From the IMG/VR virus record IMGVR_UViG_3300043399_000633, positions 32,887 through 96,886 of that record: a stretch of DNA of 64,000 nucleotides; one strand, 5' to 3'. Numbering within the stretch: the stretch's first letter is position 1; the number at the start of each line of letters is the position of its first letter. Origin of the DNA: a virus. The notes beneath the pieces were generated by a model, which ran no database searches, was not told the DNA's origin, and saw nothing but the letters and a program-made list of their open reading frames with translations. This document shows positions 54,846 to 64,000 of the stretch, piece after piece. Both the position numbers and the translations under genes were made by a program.

Positions 54846-55100
54846 ATGAAAATTAAGTTTTATTCTGATCCGGGTCATGGTTGGGGTGCAGTCAAGCGCC
54901 AAGTTTTGTTTGACCTGGGTATTGCCGACAAGATTTCTCTGTACAGTTACCAAAAGGGTGACACTGTTTACCTCGAGGAAGACTGTGACCTCGCAGAACT
55001 TGTCCGCGCCCTCAAACTCAAGGGTGAAACCGTCGAATGGGATGAACGGACCACTAACGACTATAGCCCTATTCGAAATTACGCTCGGTTCGTGGCTTGA
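54846..55100 (+). CDS. Conserved phage hypothetical protein
   Basis: DPGHGW, YLEEDCD. Confidence 0.7.
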   Translation: MKIKFYSDPGHGWGAVKRQVLFDLGIADKISLYSYQKGDTVYLEEDCDLAELVRALKLKGETVEWDERTTNDYSPIRNYARFVA

Positions 55101-55154
55101 CAATAAATCCTCTTGGGTGTATACTGTAGTTACAGTAGATAGAAGGAGCAAAAA

Positions 55155-55598
55155 ATGAGAAAAGGCGAAATGCTAGGCAAGATGATTGTTCTAGTAACCA
55201 ATGCTCATGCTGGTCAATTTGACAAAGGCGGCAATCCTTATATCTTGCACCCACTCAAGGTTATGCACTACCTCAAGACTGACGACGAGGAGTTGATGTG
55301 CATGGCTCTAGGGCACGATGTTATTGAAGACACCAATGTCACTTACAAAGACTTGCGTGATGTTGGCATCAGTGAGCGTGTCATTGCCGGTATCAAGGCA
55401 TTGACTAAGGTTCCTGGTCAGACCTACGAAGAATATAAGGAAGGGGTGTTTGCGAACGAAGATGCTATGCGAGTAAAGATGGCAGACCTCCGACATAACA
55501 CTGACATTCGCCGACTAAAGGGAGTGACCGAAAAAGATATCGCCCGTATGGCAAAGTATCATCAATTTTACATGGAAATCAAGTCTAGACTTGGTTGA
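55155..55598 (+). CDS. HD-domain protein, small alarmone hydrolase (SpoT/Mesh1)-like
   Basis: H.GQ, PYI.HP, HDVIEDT, VK.AD..HN. Confidence 0.85.
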   Translation: MRKGEMLGKMIVLVTNAHAGQFDKGGNPYILHPLKVMHYLKTDDEELMCMALGHDVIEDTNVTYKDLRDVGISERVIAGIKALTKVPGQTYEEYKEGVFANEDAMRVKMADLRHNTDIRRLKGVTEKDIARMAKYHQFYMEIKSRLG

Positions 55599-55654
55599 CA
55601 ATAAATCCAAATTGTCATATAATATCGGTATAGTCTGAAACAACGGAGTGATAA

Positions 55655-56290
55655 ATGGCTCGCTATCAACGTCCCGATCTGAATCTCAATGCTTCCGATG
55701 TGTGGGGTGCCGCTTGCGCAGCCCAACGTATTAACGGTGCTTACCTCAAGACGATTGAGGAAGGTGTGAACACAGAGACCAATCGTCAAATCATTAACAA
55801 TTTCCTTGCTAACACGGACCTCATCACCGAGGCTGATCGTGAGCAAGGTGAAACCATTCGGACGTATTACAAAGGCTTTACTTTCAAGATCCTGCAAGGC
55901 AAGAAACTGAACGAATTTGATAACACCGCAATGGTAATTGCCAATCGTGATGTCATCCAAACCAACTATGACCTTGCAGTGATCGCAAGTCTGCCCAGTT
56001 GCTATGAACGTGCAGCCAAGCGTGACGACGCTAACCGTAAGCTTCAGCATGCCCGCGGCGGCTTTGTAGGTAGCATCGGCTCCAAGGTCAAGATCAACGT
56101 CGAGGTAGTGCGTAGTGTGTTTAGCCAGCAATGGGGTGTCTTTTTTGTCAGTGGTGTGACCCCCGAAGATCAGGCAGTTTTCTTCAGCTATCGTGAGTCG
56201 ATCCCGGTTGGTAAGTTGATTATCGCTCAGGGAACTGTCAAGGCTCATCGTGACAACAACACCCAACTTACCCGTGTGAAGGTAATCTAA
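55655..56290 (+). CDS. Hypothetical protein, probable C-terminal OB fold
   Basis: GTVKAH...TQL.RVK. Confidence 0.65.
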   Translation: MARYQRPDLNLNASDVWGAACAAQRINGAYLKTIEEGVNTETNRQIINNFLANTDLITEADREQGETIRTYYKGFTFKILQGKKLNEFDNTAMVIANRDVIQTNYDLAVIASLPSCYERAAKRDDANRKLQHARGGFVGSIGSKVKINVEVVRSVFSQQWGVFFVSGVTPEDQAVFFSYRESIPVGKLIIAQGTVKAHRDNNTQLTRVKVI

Positions 56291-56526
56291 TGATCACTGC
56301 AGATACTATACGTCGGTGCGCTTATCTCAGCACTGACCAACTGGAAAATATCCTTCGCAAGAGTTATCCGGAGGATAAAATTCTTCTAAGCACCTTTCTT
56401 GGGATAAACAATAGCGGAGAGTTTACATATGAGTGTATGTATTTCAACGATATCGAAGGTAAATACCAAGTCTGTAAGGTTTTTGTGCACGTTGACAACA
56501 CCAATACTATGATTGCGGATTACTGA
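56290..56526 (+). CDS. Hypothetical protein
   Basis: Coupled start. Confidence 0.6.
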   Translation: MITADTIRRCAYLSTDQLENILRKSYPEDKILLSTFLGINNSGEFTYECMYFNDIEGKYQVCKVFVHVDNTNTMIADY

Positions 56527-56527
56527 C

Positions 56528-56737
56528 ATGAAACTAAATCTTACGAGTAAACATCATCATTTAATTGCAGACCTGCTTTGGCAGGCTGAATCATTGCAAC
56601 AAGCCCAAACTATTACTAAAAGGTTTGGTGTCGATGGGCATATCGTATTTCATTTGATGATGGCTCATGTTTATGATGAAGTCAATGATACTGATTTGGC
56701 TGAGGAAGTTCTGAATAGGATTAAAAATGGGACTTGA
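56528..56737 (+). CDS. Hypothetical protein
   Basis: Colinear small ORF. Confidence 0.55.
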   Translation: MKLNLTSKHHHLIADLLWQAESLQQAQTITKRFGVDGHIVFHLMMAHVYDEVNDTDLAEEVLNRIKNGT

Positions 56738-57116
56738 TCAATACGCATATATTGCTAGTAAGGCAGGTGCTGCATATGATGATCCTAGTAGGCAAGAAAT
56801 TGCTTACTGGCGTAAACATCCAAACTTGCAAGGTTGGATGGAACGGCTGTGGTTATCCAAAGTAGGCAACGATACAGACACGTTTGGTATCTATGACGAT
56901 CCCTTCAATGGTGTAGAGTTGGAACTAGTTTGGGAAGATATCAGTAAACTTGAAGCTGATATTAAGTCTGGTGAAATGGCTAAGCTAGGAACTACAGGAT
57001 TTTTCTTCGGTAAACCTAGCGATGATCATTACTACGAGTATGACCTAGAATTTTGTGCTACGGCTAAGTCGGATCTTTTCTTAGGCCGCAAAGTGTTTTA
57101 TAATTCAAGTTGGTGA
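56727..57116 (+). CDS. Conserved phage hypothetical protein
   Basis: MGLDQY, YWRKHP.L.GWM, GFFFG, Y.SSW. Confidence 0.75.
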   Translation: MGLDQYAYIASKAGAAYDDPSRQEIAYWRKHPNLQGWMERLWLSKVGNDTDTFGIYDDPFNGVELELVWEDISKLEADIKSGEMAKLGTTGFFFGKPSDDHYYEYDLEFCATAKSDLFLGRKVFYNSSW

Positions 57117-57307
57117 AGGAATAAAATGATGAGTAAATTTTCTGAATGGTTTGGCCGCAATCGCAAACCTATTGGGTATACGATTGGTGTATTGAATCTG
57201 CTAGTCGCAGCCAATTATCTATTTACCGGCAATCCGGGCTTAGCCCTAGTGTGGTTTATATTAAGTATAACTATTCTGTTTGACACCTATGAATTTAAGT
57301 GATACAA

Positions 57308-57667
57308 ATGAGTGGATATAGTCTAATATTGCAAATTCGCAGGCTTGAAGAAGAATGTGATAAGCTTGGCTTCATGATGTGCCACAGTAAGCACGGACAT
57401 CACCGTGAATTCGGTGATGTAGTCGCAATAAAGCCCAAGGATGCCGGTAGCCTTCCAATCTTTTCACGTGATTCTGAACTTTTTGTAGGCACTATCAATG
57501 AACTTTCAAAATGGCTTGAAGGTGTCAAATGGGCCCGCAATTATGATCGTATGCTGTTCGGCAAGGGCAATGATGCCAAGCGTGAACGCAAAGAACAAGA
57601 TTGGCGTAATAAACAGTTGATCAATATCCTCAAATCAACAGATGTAAACGACAACGAGGATAAATAA
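57308..57667 (+). CDS. Hypothetical protein
   Basis: Colinear ORF. Confidence 0.65.
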   Translation: MSGYSLILQIRRLEEECDKLGFMMCHSKHGHHREFGDVVAIKPKDAGSLPIFSRDSELFVGTINELSKWLEGVKWARNYDRMLFGKGNDAKRERKEQDWRNKQLINILKSTDVNDNEDK

Positions 57668-57726
57668 AGTTGACAAAATAATCTTATTCTGCGATAATAA
57701 AGTTCAATAACTACTGTGAGAAACAT

Positions 57727-59067
57727 ATGGGTGCTAGTTGGATTCGTAAACTAAATGAAAGTGATAGTCGCCTGCATAAGGAAGATGTTGTTCGCCAAGC
57801 CCTCGCGGCTAGTGTTCTAGGTAGCACTAGTGCTCAAATCTTTTTGGGTTTGACAAAAGCTTGTTACAATCCTTACGTTACCTTCAATGTTCGCCAAGTG
57901 CCCGATACTGTCGGCGTAACGGATGCAGAAAACCCATGGCAAGATTTCAATGAATTGTTGACTAAGCTCAGCAAACGCCAACTCACGGGTAACGCCGCAC
58001 GTGATGCTATCGAAGAAATGGCATATCGGTTTACTAGTGAAGAATGGAATACATTCTGTGCCCCTGTGATTAGGCGTGACCTTCGTGCAGGTATCAGTGA
58101 CAAGACCATTAATAAAATCTGTAAGAAAACTGAATACGAGATTCCAATCTTTGGTTGTCAACTTGCAACTAACAGCGAAGGTCGCCCTGAAATGAAGGGC
58201 ATCAAACGACTTGAGCCTAAGCTGGATGGTGTGCGTGTGTTGATGGTAGCGGTTTGGAGTGATGTCACCGAGGTTACTGTCACAAGTTATAGTCGCAACG
58301 GTAAGGTGTTTGAAAACTTTACTCACATCGAAGACCAGATCCGTACTGACTTTCTGAAACTAATTCGCAAAACCAAGATTGCCCAGCAACTTAGCTATGG
58401 CGTTGTGTTTGACGGCGAAGTGATTGGTAATAGTTTTCAGGAGCTGATGCGTCAAGCCCGACGCAAAGAAAATGTCCAAGCAGAGGACAGTGTGTTTAAT
58501 ATTTTTGACATTCTTCCGTTGCACGATTTCCGTCGAGGTCATTGGAATAGTCAACTTAGCAAACGTATTGAAGCACTTGAAGCAATGCGCCCTGTAATTG
58601 ATCACATGCCTAATGTTGAACTATTGCCCCACATTATGGTGGACCTTGACACCGCAGCCGGGCGTGACCAACTAGATCGATATGCTAAGGACCAAGTTAA
58701 CGCTGGATTCGAAGGCATCATGATCAAGGATGTGAACGCTCCTTACGAATGCAAACGCAATACGTTTTGGATGAAGTGGAAGCCCACGATTACTGTTGAC
58801 TTGACTGTGGTTGGTCTTGAAGAAGGCACAGGTCGTAATCAAGGTCGCCTCGGTGCTCTTGTGTGTGAGGGTACCGACGATGGTAAATTCATTCAAGTAA
58901 ATGTTGGTAGTGGTTATAGTGACGAGGATCGTGATAGCTATTGGGCTAATAGCAATCTGATTGTTGGTCGCACTGCTGAAGTACTGTGTGATGTTATCAC
59001 ACAAAATCAAGACGGTAGCTATAGCCTTCGTTTCCCTCGCTTTGTAAGGTTCCGTGATGACAAATAA
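57727..59067 (+). CDS. ATP-dependent DNA ligase
   Basis: KLDG.R, DGE, FD, EGIMIK, K.K, VGSG, LRFPRF.R.R.DK. Confidence 0.95.
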   Translation: MGASWIRKLNESDSRLHKEDVVRQALAASVLGSTSAQIFLGLTKACYNPYVTFNVRQVPDTVGVTDAENPWQDFNELLTKLSKRQLTGNAARDAIEEMAYRFTSEEWNTFCAPVIRRDLRAGISDKTINKICKKTEYEIPIFGCQLATNSEGRPEMKGIKRLEPKLDGVRVLMVAVWSDVTEVTVTSYSRNGKVFENFTHIEDQIRTDFLKLIRKTKIAQQLSYGVVFDGEVIGNSFQELMRQARRKENVQAEDSVFNIFDILPLHDFRRGHWNSQLSKRIEALEAMRPVIDHMPNVELLPHIMVDLDTAAGRDQLDRYAKDQVNAGFEGIMIKDVNAPYECKRNTFWMKWKPTITVDLTVVGLEEGTGRNQGRLGALVCEGTDDGKFIQVNVGSGYSDEDRDSYWANSNLIVGRTAEVLCDVITQNQDGSYSLRFPRFVRFRDDK

Positions 59068-59323
59068 AAGAATTGCTGAGTTGCGAGAACAGGCATTTGA
59101 ATTATGTAAAAAGTATGATGATGACTGTGGCTCGGACTTAGTAAAGACTGATGAAGTATTTCAGAAGTTCGCCGAGTTGATTGTCAAAGAAATGTGCGGA
59201 ATGATGGAGCAGACAGAAGATGATTTATATGCTATGGATCCTAGCGAACGACCAACTGAATACATCGAATGGTTATATTATTGGCGAACAAGATTTGAAC
59301 AACATTTCGGAGTTAAAGAATGA
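59054..59323 (+). CDS. Hypothetical protein (KFAELI...HFGVKE family)
   Basis: Paralog of 59672 ORF. Confidence 0.65.
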   Translation: MMTNKRIAELREQAFELCKKYDDDCGSDLVKTDEVFQKFAELIVKEMCGMMEQTEDDLYAMDPSERPTEYIEWLYYWRTRFEQHFGVKE

Positions 59324-59492
59324 ACGAAGAATATAAACTTACTACAGACGTTGACGTTGATATGAACACTGTCCCAGAACATGCTACAGTGGATGATATT
59401 CGTTATTTTGAGGATAAAGTAAAACGAAATCCTTGGGATAATAAGGCTATACTACAATTAGCTATGATTAAGAAACATTTCGGAGTAAAAGA

Positions 59493-59675
59493 ATGATTTT
59501 GTATTTTATTTTATTTCTTATCTTATGGACAGTTGTTAGTGTTTGGTGGTTCTTCTATAATCTACCAAACAAAAACAAACCTGGTCGTTGGTATCAGTGG
59601 ATATTTGTGCCGCCTGGTCTGGCAATCGCATTTATAGTTGGAAAGGTCATAAAGTTCAGGAGTAAATTAAAATGA
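59493..59675 (+). CDS. Small membrane protein
   Basis: Two hydrophobic helices. Confidence 0.55.
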   Translation: MILYFILFLILWTVVSVWWFFYNLPNKNKPGRWYQWIFVPPGLAIAFIVGKVIKFRSKLK

Positions 59676-59917
59676 ACGAACGAATTAGAGAACTTTGGAC
59701 TAGTGTCTGTCAAAATGAAATGCCTGAATTAGATGAAACTTGTATGACTCTATCAAGACAAAGAAAGTTCGCCGAGTTGATTTTCCAGGAATGTATTCGA
59801 TGCTGTGAGGGTAATAGTGAATACAAAAACCACACTGATACGGAATGGGGAAAGGGTCTTGCTTCTGGTATCGGTTTGTGTAAAGAAGCAATGAAAACAC
59901 ATTTCGGAGTCAAATGA
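59672..59917 (+). CDS. Hypothetical protein (MNERIREL...KFAELI family)
   Basis: Paralog of 59054 ORF. Confidence 0.65.
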   Translation: MNERIRELWTSVCQNEMPELDETCMTLSRQRKFAELIFQECIRCCEGNSEYKNHTDTEWGKGLASGIGLCKEAMKTHFGVK

Positions 59918-60082
59918 TGAAAACGTTTATTTTACTTGTTGGATGTGTGTTTATGCCGTTCATTTACCTTGGATTCATCTTAGGTGGTGTATATACCCCA
60001 TTAGGATATTTGTATAAAAGTCTTTTTGAACATTACAAATTCACGGAGCCTTTTGGTTATTTTGACAAGAGTTAGATGTAAT

Positions 60083-60292
60083 ATGAACATCGCAGAAGAA
60101 AATACAGCAAGAGCATTGAAGGATCAACCATTATTTGCTACCCGTCAATGGTGGTGTAAATTAGGAATCCATACTTGGTTGATGTGGGCTACACCAGAAA
60201 TAAACAAAAGAGGTGCCTATACTTTTGTTGAGCAATATCGTTCTTGCGGGTGCTGTGGCAAATTTGAAAGAAAAGTGTTGAGTAGGGATTAA
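60083..60292 (+). CDS. Small zinc-binding hypothetical protein
   Basis: C..GIH...C..C. Confidence 0.55.
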   Translation: MNIAEENTARALKDQPLFATRQWWCKLGIHTWLMWATPEINKRGAYTFVEQYRSCGCCGKFERKVLSRD

Positions 60293-60293
60293 T

Positions 60294-60572
60294 ATGGCAA
60301 GTTTAGCAGAATATTTTGAAAAGAACAGATACAAACCTAAATACTTCATCGGTGATAGAGTACGTGGCTTATGGAACGGAATACCATTCTCAGGTACTGT
60401 GGGCAACGATAGTGTAGTCATCGAATCAGAAGGTCCAAGAATCAGCGTATTCTTGGACTTGCCTATTAAGTATGACGGAAAATTTCATAATCTTATTTTT
60501 GTCAAGCACAAGGACATAAATAAAAATGGAAAATTACTCAATTATGAGTTAGGTAATACTTCTGATGCGTAA
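60294..60572 (+). CDS. Hypothetical protein (SH3-like)
   Basis: IGDRV. Confidence 0.65.
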   Translation: MASLAEYFEKNRYKPKYFIGDRVRGLWNGIPFSGTVGNDSVVIESEGPRISVFLDLPIKYDGKFHNLIFVKHKDINKNGKLLNYELGNTSDA

Positions 60573-60786
60573 TTTAATAGGTAAATCTCACACATTTGAG
60601 GATGGTGATAGTATAACCATTATACAAGTAAAGGTCCGTGACGGTAATGAAAATTGGATAACTTATCACGTTCAACAAGGGCCCGGGGTGCCAAGAAAAT
60701 TAGTCATGCGAGAAGAAGAATTCGTTGACACCTACGGTCATTTGTTTGGTTTACTACCAGATGATAACGTGGAAAGGAAAGAATAA
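60565..60786 (+). CDS. Hypothetical protein
   Basis: Coupled start. Confidence 0.6.
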   Translation: MRNLIGKSHTFEDGDSITIIQVKVRDGNENWITYHVQQGPGVPRKLVMREEEFVDTYGHLFGLLPDDNVERKE

Positions 60787-60794
60787 ATATATAC

Positions 60795-62258
60795 ATGAAA
60801 ACACTTTTCAGTCTTACCAACCTAACTTTATTGGTGGCGCTTTCATTAAGCGCCGTTGCTGCCTATTACAGTATCATTGGCTTAACTGCTATATTTGCAG
60901 GTGCAATAATACCCATAATTATTATGGGTACAATCCTTGAAATAGGTAAAATAACAACTACCGTATGGTTGCGAAAGTACTGGAAAAAATGCAGTTTTGC
61001 TTTAAAGCTATATCTAGTCCCAGCAGTAGTATTGTTGGCTGTACTAACAAGTATGGGTATTTTTGGATTTTTGTCTAAAGCACACACCGAAGTTGGTTTA
61101 ATATCTGGTGATTCTCAAGCGAGACTTGCAATAATTGACGAAAAAATAAAAACTCAAAGAGAGAATATAGAACTAGCACGTAAAGCGTTGCAACAACTAG
61201 ATGCTCAGGTAGACACTAGATTAGCTAGAGGAAACAACGAACAAAGTGTAGAACGTGCAGTTACTATACGTAGACAGCAAGCAACAGAACGGATTAAACT
61301 ACAAAAAGAAATTAGTGATTCCCAAGAAATAATAGCAAAGTTAAATGAAGAACGAGCACCAATAGCGGCTGAGGCAAGAAAAATAGAGGCTGAAGTAGGT
61401 CCTATAAAATACATCGCGGCTCTGATTTACGAAGATAATCCCAGTGCCGAGTTATTAGAACGTGCTGTTCGTTGGGTAATTATATTATTAGTTATTGTTT
61501 TTGATCCATTGGCCATTGCACTTGTACTAGCAGCTAATGCAAGTAAAGAATGGGACAAACAAGAAGCAAAAGATAATATAACAAAATCTTTTGTTGAAGA
61601 AACTAATAATGCGCATCCAGAAGTAAAAATTGAAGATACTCAAATAGCCGATAAAAAAGAACCTAGCATATTAGAACAAAATCCATATTTGGCTACCGGG
61701 TTTAAATATCCTGAAAATTATGAAAGAGTTCATCCATTGGTTTATAAATCTGAGCCCGTTGCTCAATCTAAAAGCGAAAACTCAGAAATAGAAGTTAAGT
61801 CAATACCGGAAGAAGAATTGATTACTTCAACTATGCCTCATTCCACGCCTTCAACTACAAAAATTAATTCTTCTAATGCTTACAAAGAAGTTGCAGATGG
61901 GTATGTCATCTATGATGATAAAATGATATCAAAAGACGCACTCAAAGAAATCAAACCAGAATTATTCTTAGAAGTAGATAATGTTGCAAAAACATCTACT
62001 AATTTTGGAACGCATTTTCCAAAATTTGCAAATAAAGGAGATGTATTTGTTCGTGTGGATGTATTACCAAATAAGGTATTTAAGTTCGATGGTGCTAGAT
62101 GGTTTGAATTAAACAAAAACAATACAAGTTCGTATTTAACGAATGATGAGTACGTAAAATTTCTAATTTCAAAAATAGAAGATGGTCAATATGATGTTGA
62201 TCATTTGACAGATGCTGAAAAAGAACAAATAGAATCTTACCTTAAGTCTAGGAAATAA
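60795..62258 (+). CDS. Membrane-anchored coiled-coil protein
   Basis: Three N-terminal TM helices, coiled coil, EVGPIKY, VFDPLA. Confidence 0.75.
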   Translation: MKTLFSLTNLTLLVALSLSAVAAYYSIIGLTAIFAGAIIPIIIMGTILEIGKITTTVWLRKYWKKCSFALKLYLVPAVVLLAVLTSMGIFGFLSKAHTEVGLISGDSQARLAIIDEKIKTQRENIELARKALQQLDAQVDTRLARGNNEQSVERAVTIRRQQATERIKLQKEISDSQEIIAKLNEERAPIAAEARKIEAEVGPIKYIAALIYEDNPSAELLERAVRWVIILLVIVFDPLAIALVLAANASKEWDKQEAKDNITKSFVEETNNAHPEVKIEDTQIADKKEPSILEQNPYLATGFKYPENYERVHPLVYKSEPVAQSKSENSEIEVKSIPEEELITSTMPHSTPSTTKINSSNAYKEVADGYVIYDDKMISKDALKEIKPELFLEVDNVAKTSTNFGTHFPKFANKGDVFVRVDVLPNKVFKFDGARWFELNKNNTSSYLTNDEYVKFLISKIEDGQYDVDHLTDAEKEQIESYLKSRK

Positions 62259-62307
62259 GTAAGTACTATAGTATTATTCGAACACTCGTTTTTAACATAT
62301 ATAATAA

Positions 62308-63510
62308 ATGACACAGGAAAATAAAATTAATCATTGTTCTTTTTGTGGATCACATAAAGATTCAGTTAAAAAATTGATCGTATCAGAAACAGTCGCTATA
62401 TGTAGTGATTGTATTGACTTATGCAATCAACTGGTTTCCGATGATTCTACTATAGATCAAATAGAAAAATCTACAACAACAGAATACGATCCGATAGAAA
62501 TAAAAAACTATTTAGACAAATATGTAATCGGACAAGATAATGCAAAAATGGTTTTAAGCGTTGCAATTACTAATCATTATAAACGAATAGACAATCCACC
62601 TAAAGACTTAGAACTTGCTAAAAGTAATATTTTATTCATTGGCCCCACGGGTAGCGGTAAAACATTGTTGGCTAAAACAGTAGCGAAGTATTTAAACGTT
62701 CCTTTTGTTGTTGCTGATGCTACTTCATTAACTGAAGCAGGTTATGTAGGTGATGATGTTGAATCAATGATTAGTATGTTGGTTAATGCTGCCGGGGGTG
62801 ACGTAAAGCTTGCCGAACGAGGAATAGTTTTCATTGATGAAATTGATAAAATTGCACGTAAGGGTGAAAGTACCAGCATCACACGTGATGTCTCAGGCGA
62901 GGGAGTTCAGCAAGCATTACTTAAATTAGTTGAAGGTACTGTATGTCGTATTCCTGCTAGCGGAGGTAGAAAACATCCCGGCGGAGATATGCATGAAGTA
63001 AATACCAAAAACATACTTTTTATTAGTGGCGGCGCATTCGTAGGTTTAACAGAAATTATTAAGGCTCGTGTAAAGGGCACTACGATAGGATTCAGTGCTG
63101 AGGTAGAATCTAAAAATAATAACGTCGACCTTAGCCATGTGTCCCCGGACGACCTGACTAAATTCGGTATGATTCCAGAATTTATTGGACGTTTCACAAC
63201 TGCAGTAACACTGAAAGATTTGGATAAAAATGAACTTCTTAGAGTGTTAACCGAGGTGAAGAGCAATTATATAGAACAGTATCAATATCTATTTTCAGTA
63301 GACAACATAGAATTACATTTCGATAAAAAATCATTAGAACAAATTGTCGATAATTGCCTATCACTAAAGACTGGTGCTAGAGGACTGCATACTGAAATAG
63401 AAAAAGTGTTAATGCCTCATATGTACAATTTAAAAAACTATGAGAAAACTGGTATAAAAAAGATAAATATAACTCAAGAATTAGTTTTGAATCCTAGACC
63501 CATTATATGA
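62308..63510 (+). CDS. clpX: ATP-dependent Clp protease ATP-binding subunit
   Basis: CSFCG zinc finger, GPTGSGKT, TEAGYVG, RDVSGEGVQQALLK, RKH, IGF loop. Confidence 0.97.
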   Translation: MTQENKINHCSFCGSHKDSVKKLIVSETVAICSDCIDLCNQLVSDDSTIDQIEKSTTTEYDPIEIKNYLDKYVIGQDNAKMVLSVAITNHYKRIDNPPKDLELAKSNILFIGPTGSGKTLLAKTVAKYLNVPFVVADATSLTEAGYVGDDVESMISMLVNAAGGDVKLAERGIVFIDEIDKIARKGESTSITRDVSGEGVQQALLKLVEGTVCRIPASGGRKHPGGDMHEVNTKNILFISGGAFVGLTEIIKARVKGTTIGFSAEVESKNNNVDLSHVSPDDLTKFGMIPEFIGRFTTAVTLKDLDKNELLRVLTEVKSNYIEQYQYLFSVDNIELHFDKKSLEQIVDNCLSLKTGARGLHTEIEKVLMPHMYNLKNYEKTGIKKINITQELVLNPRPII

Positions 63511-63728
63511 ATACAAACGGAAGAAAAGTTATCGTACAAGACGGTAATGTAGATAAAGCCTTACGTAAATTCAAAAAGAAAATTAGTGAGGACGGTTTAC
63601 TTGTGGAGTTACAGGAAAGACAGTTTTATACCAAACCAACTGTCAAGCGAAAGTTAGCCAAGTCACAAGCTAAACGCCGATGGAAAAAATGGCTAGCTAG
63701 TCAAGAGCTACCAAAGAAACTTTTTTAA
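63507..63728 (+). CDS. rpsU: Ribosomal protein bS21
   Basis: DKALRKFKKK...G...E..ERQFY.KP. Confidence 0.9.
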   Translation: MNTNGRKVIVQDGNVDKALRKFKKKISEDGLLVELQERQFYTKPTVKRKLAKSQAKRRWKKWLASQELPKKLF

Positions 63729-63775
63729 CCTAATTACTAGATTTTTTTACGTATTTTTTCTAAAATAAATACGTA

Positions 63776-63840
63776 TGTAGATGCCGATGGTCGGGTCTAC
63801 ACTGTCATTCTTGCTTATAGAAAGGAGAAATGAAATGACA
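63776..63840 (+). promoter_or_regulatory. ROSE-like RNA thermometer
   Basis: TTCTTGCT pairs with SD AGGAGAA upstream of the small heat-shock gene. Confidence 0.6.
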
Positions 63841-64000
63841 AACCTATCTCTACGTTCCTTAGATATCCCATCAATTCATAAATTTGCAGTTGGTTTTGAC
63901 AATGTGTTAGATGAACTCATGCGTCATACTAATTCGCAATCTGGAACAAACTATCCTCCATACAATGTTGTGAAACATAGTGACGACAAGTTTTCAATTG
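63835..64000 (+). CDS. Small heat shock protein Hsp20/IbpA (3'-truncated by window)
   Basis: VGFD...NYPPYNV. Confidence 0.9.
   Translation, partial: MTNLSLRSLDIPSIHKFAVGFDNVLDELMRHTNSQSGTNYPPYNVVKHSDDKFSI

Larger units (their letters stand above)
44735..57698 (+). promoter_or_regulatory. Dispersed early promoter family (about 17 copies)
   Basis: TTGACAATAAAT-N-TG.TATACT-like at 44735, 46045, 46409, 47502, 47927, 48323, 48887, 49543, 50160, 50624, 50943, 52144, 54283, 54788, 55097, 55595, 57670. Confidence 0.8.

Overview
Segment of a large, T4-like/jumbo bacteriophage genome, probably infecting a proteobacterium. Host-like rpoZ, rpsU, clpX, hsp20, ahpC/ahpD and Bug/TctC genes are present, with sigma70-type TTGACA..TATACT early promoters and TAAATA late promoters. 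There are three zones. (1) 1-24.3 kb: auxiliary enzymes (peroxiredoxin system, ADP-heptose pathway, many 2OG-Fe(II)-like oxygenases, radical SAMs, desaturases, a Rieske oxygenase, PP-loop ATPases, TctC). (2) 24.4-44.7 kb: an RNA island with about 44 cloverleaf tRNAs covering all 20 amino acids, a GOLLD-like giant ncRNA, HNH genes and many non-canonical RNAs, ending in a Ro60/TROVE-like (DUF2828-type) vWA gene. (3) 44.7-64 kb: short early genes with repeated promoters, DNA ligase, clpX, rpsU and hsp20. Best candidate for an undescribed system: nine Y-RNA-like ncRNAs that share a covarying stem plus an ACAGCAA motif but carry different cargo (anticodon stem-loops, permuted tRNA elbows, CCA-ended tRNA bodies, large folds); three sit directly upstream of the Ro60-like gene. 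Also notable: about 18 conserved long hairpins that punctuate the island, two pseudoknotted tRNA-Tyr genes, and a 46-codon leader peptide using all 20 amino acids ahead of a terminator. All structures were read by eye and no searches were run; coordinates may be off by a few nt.
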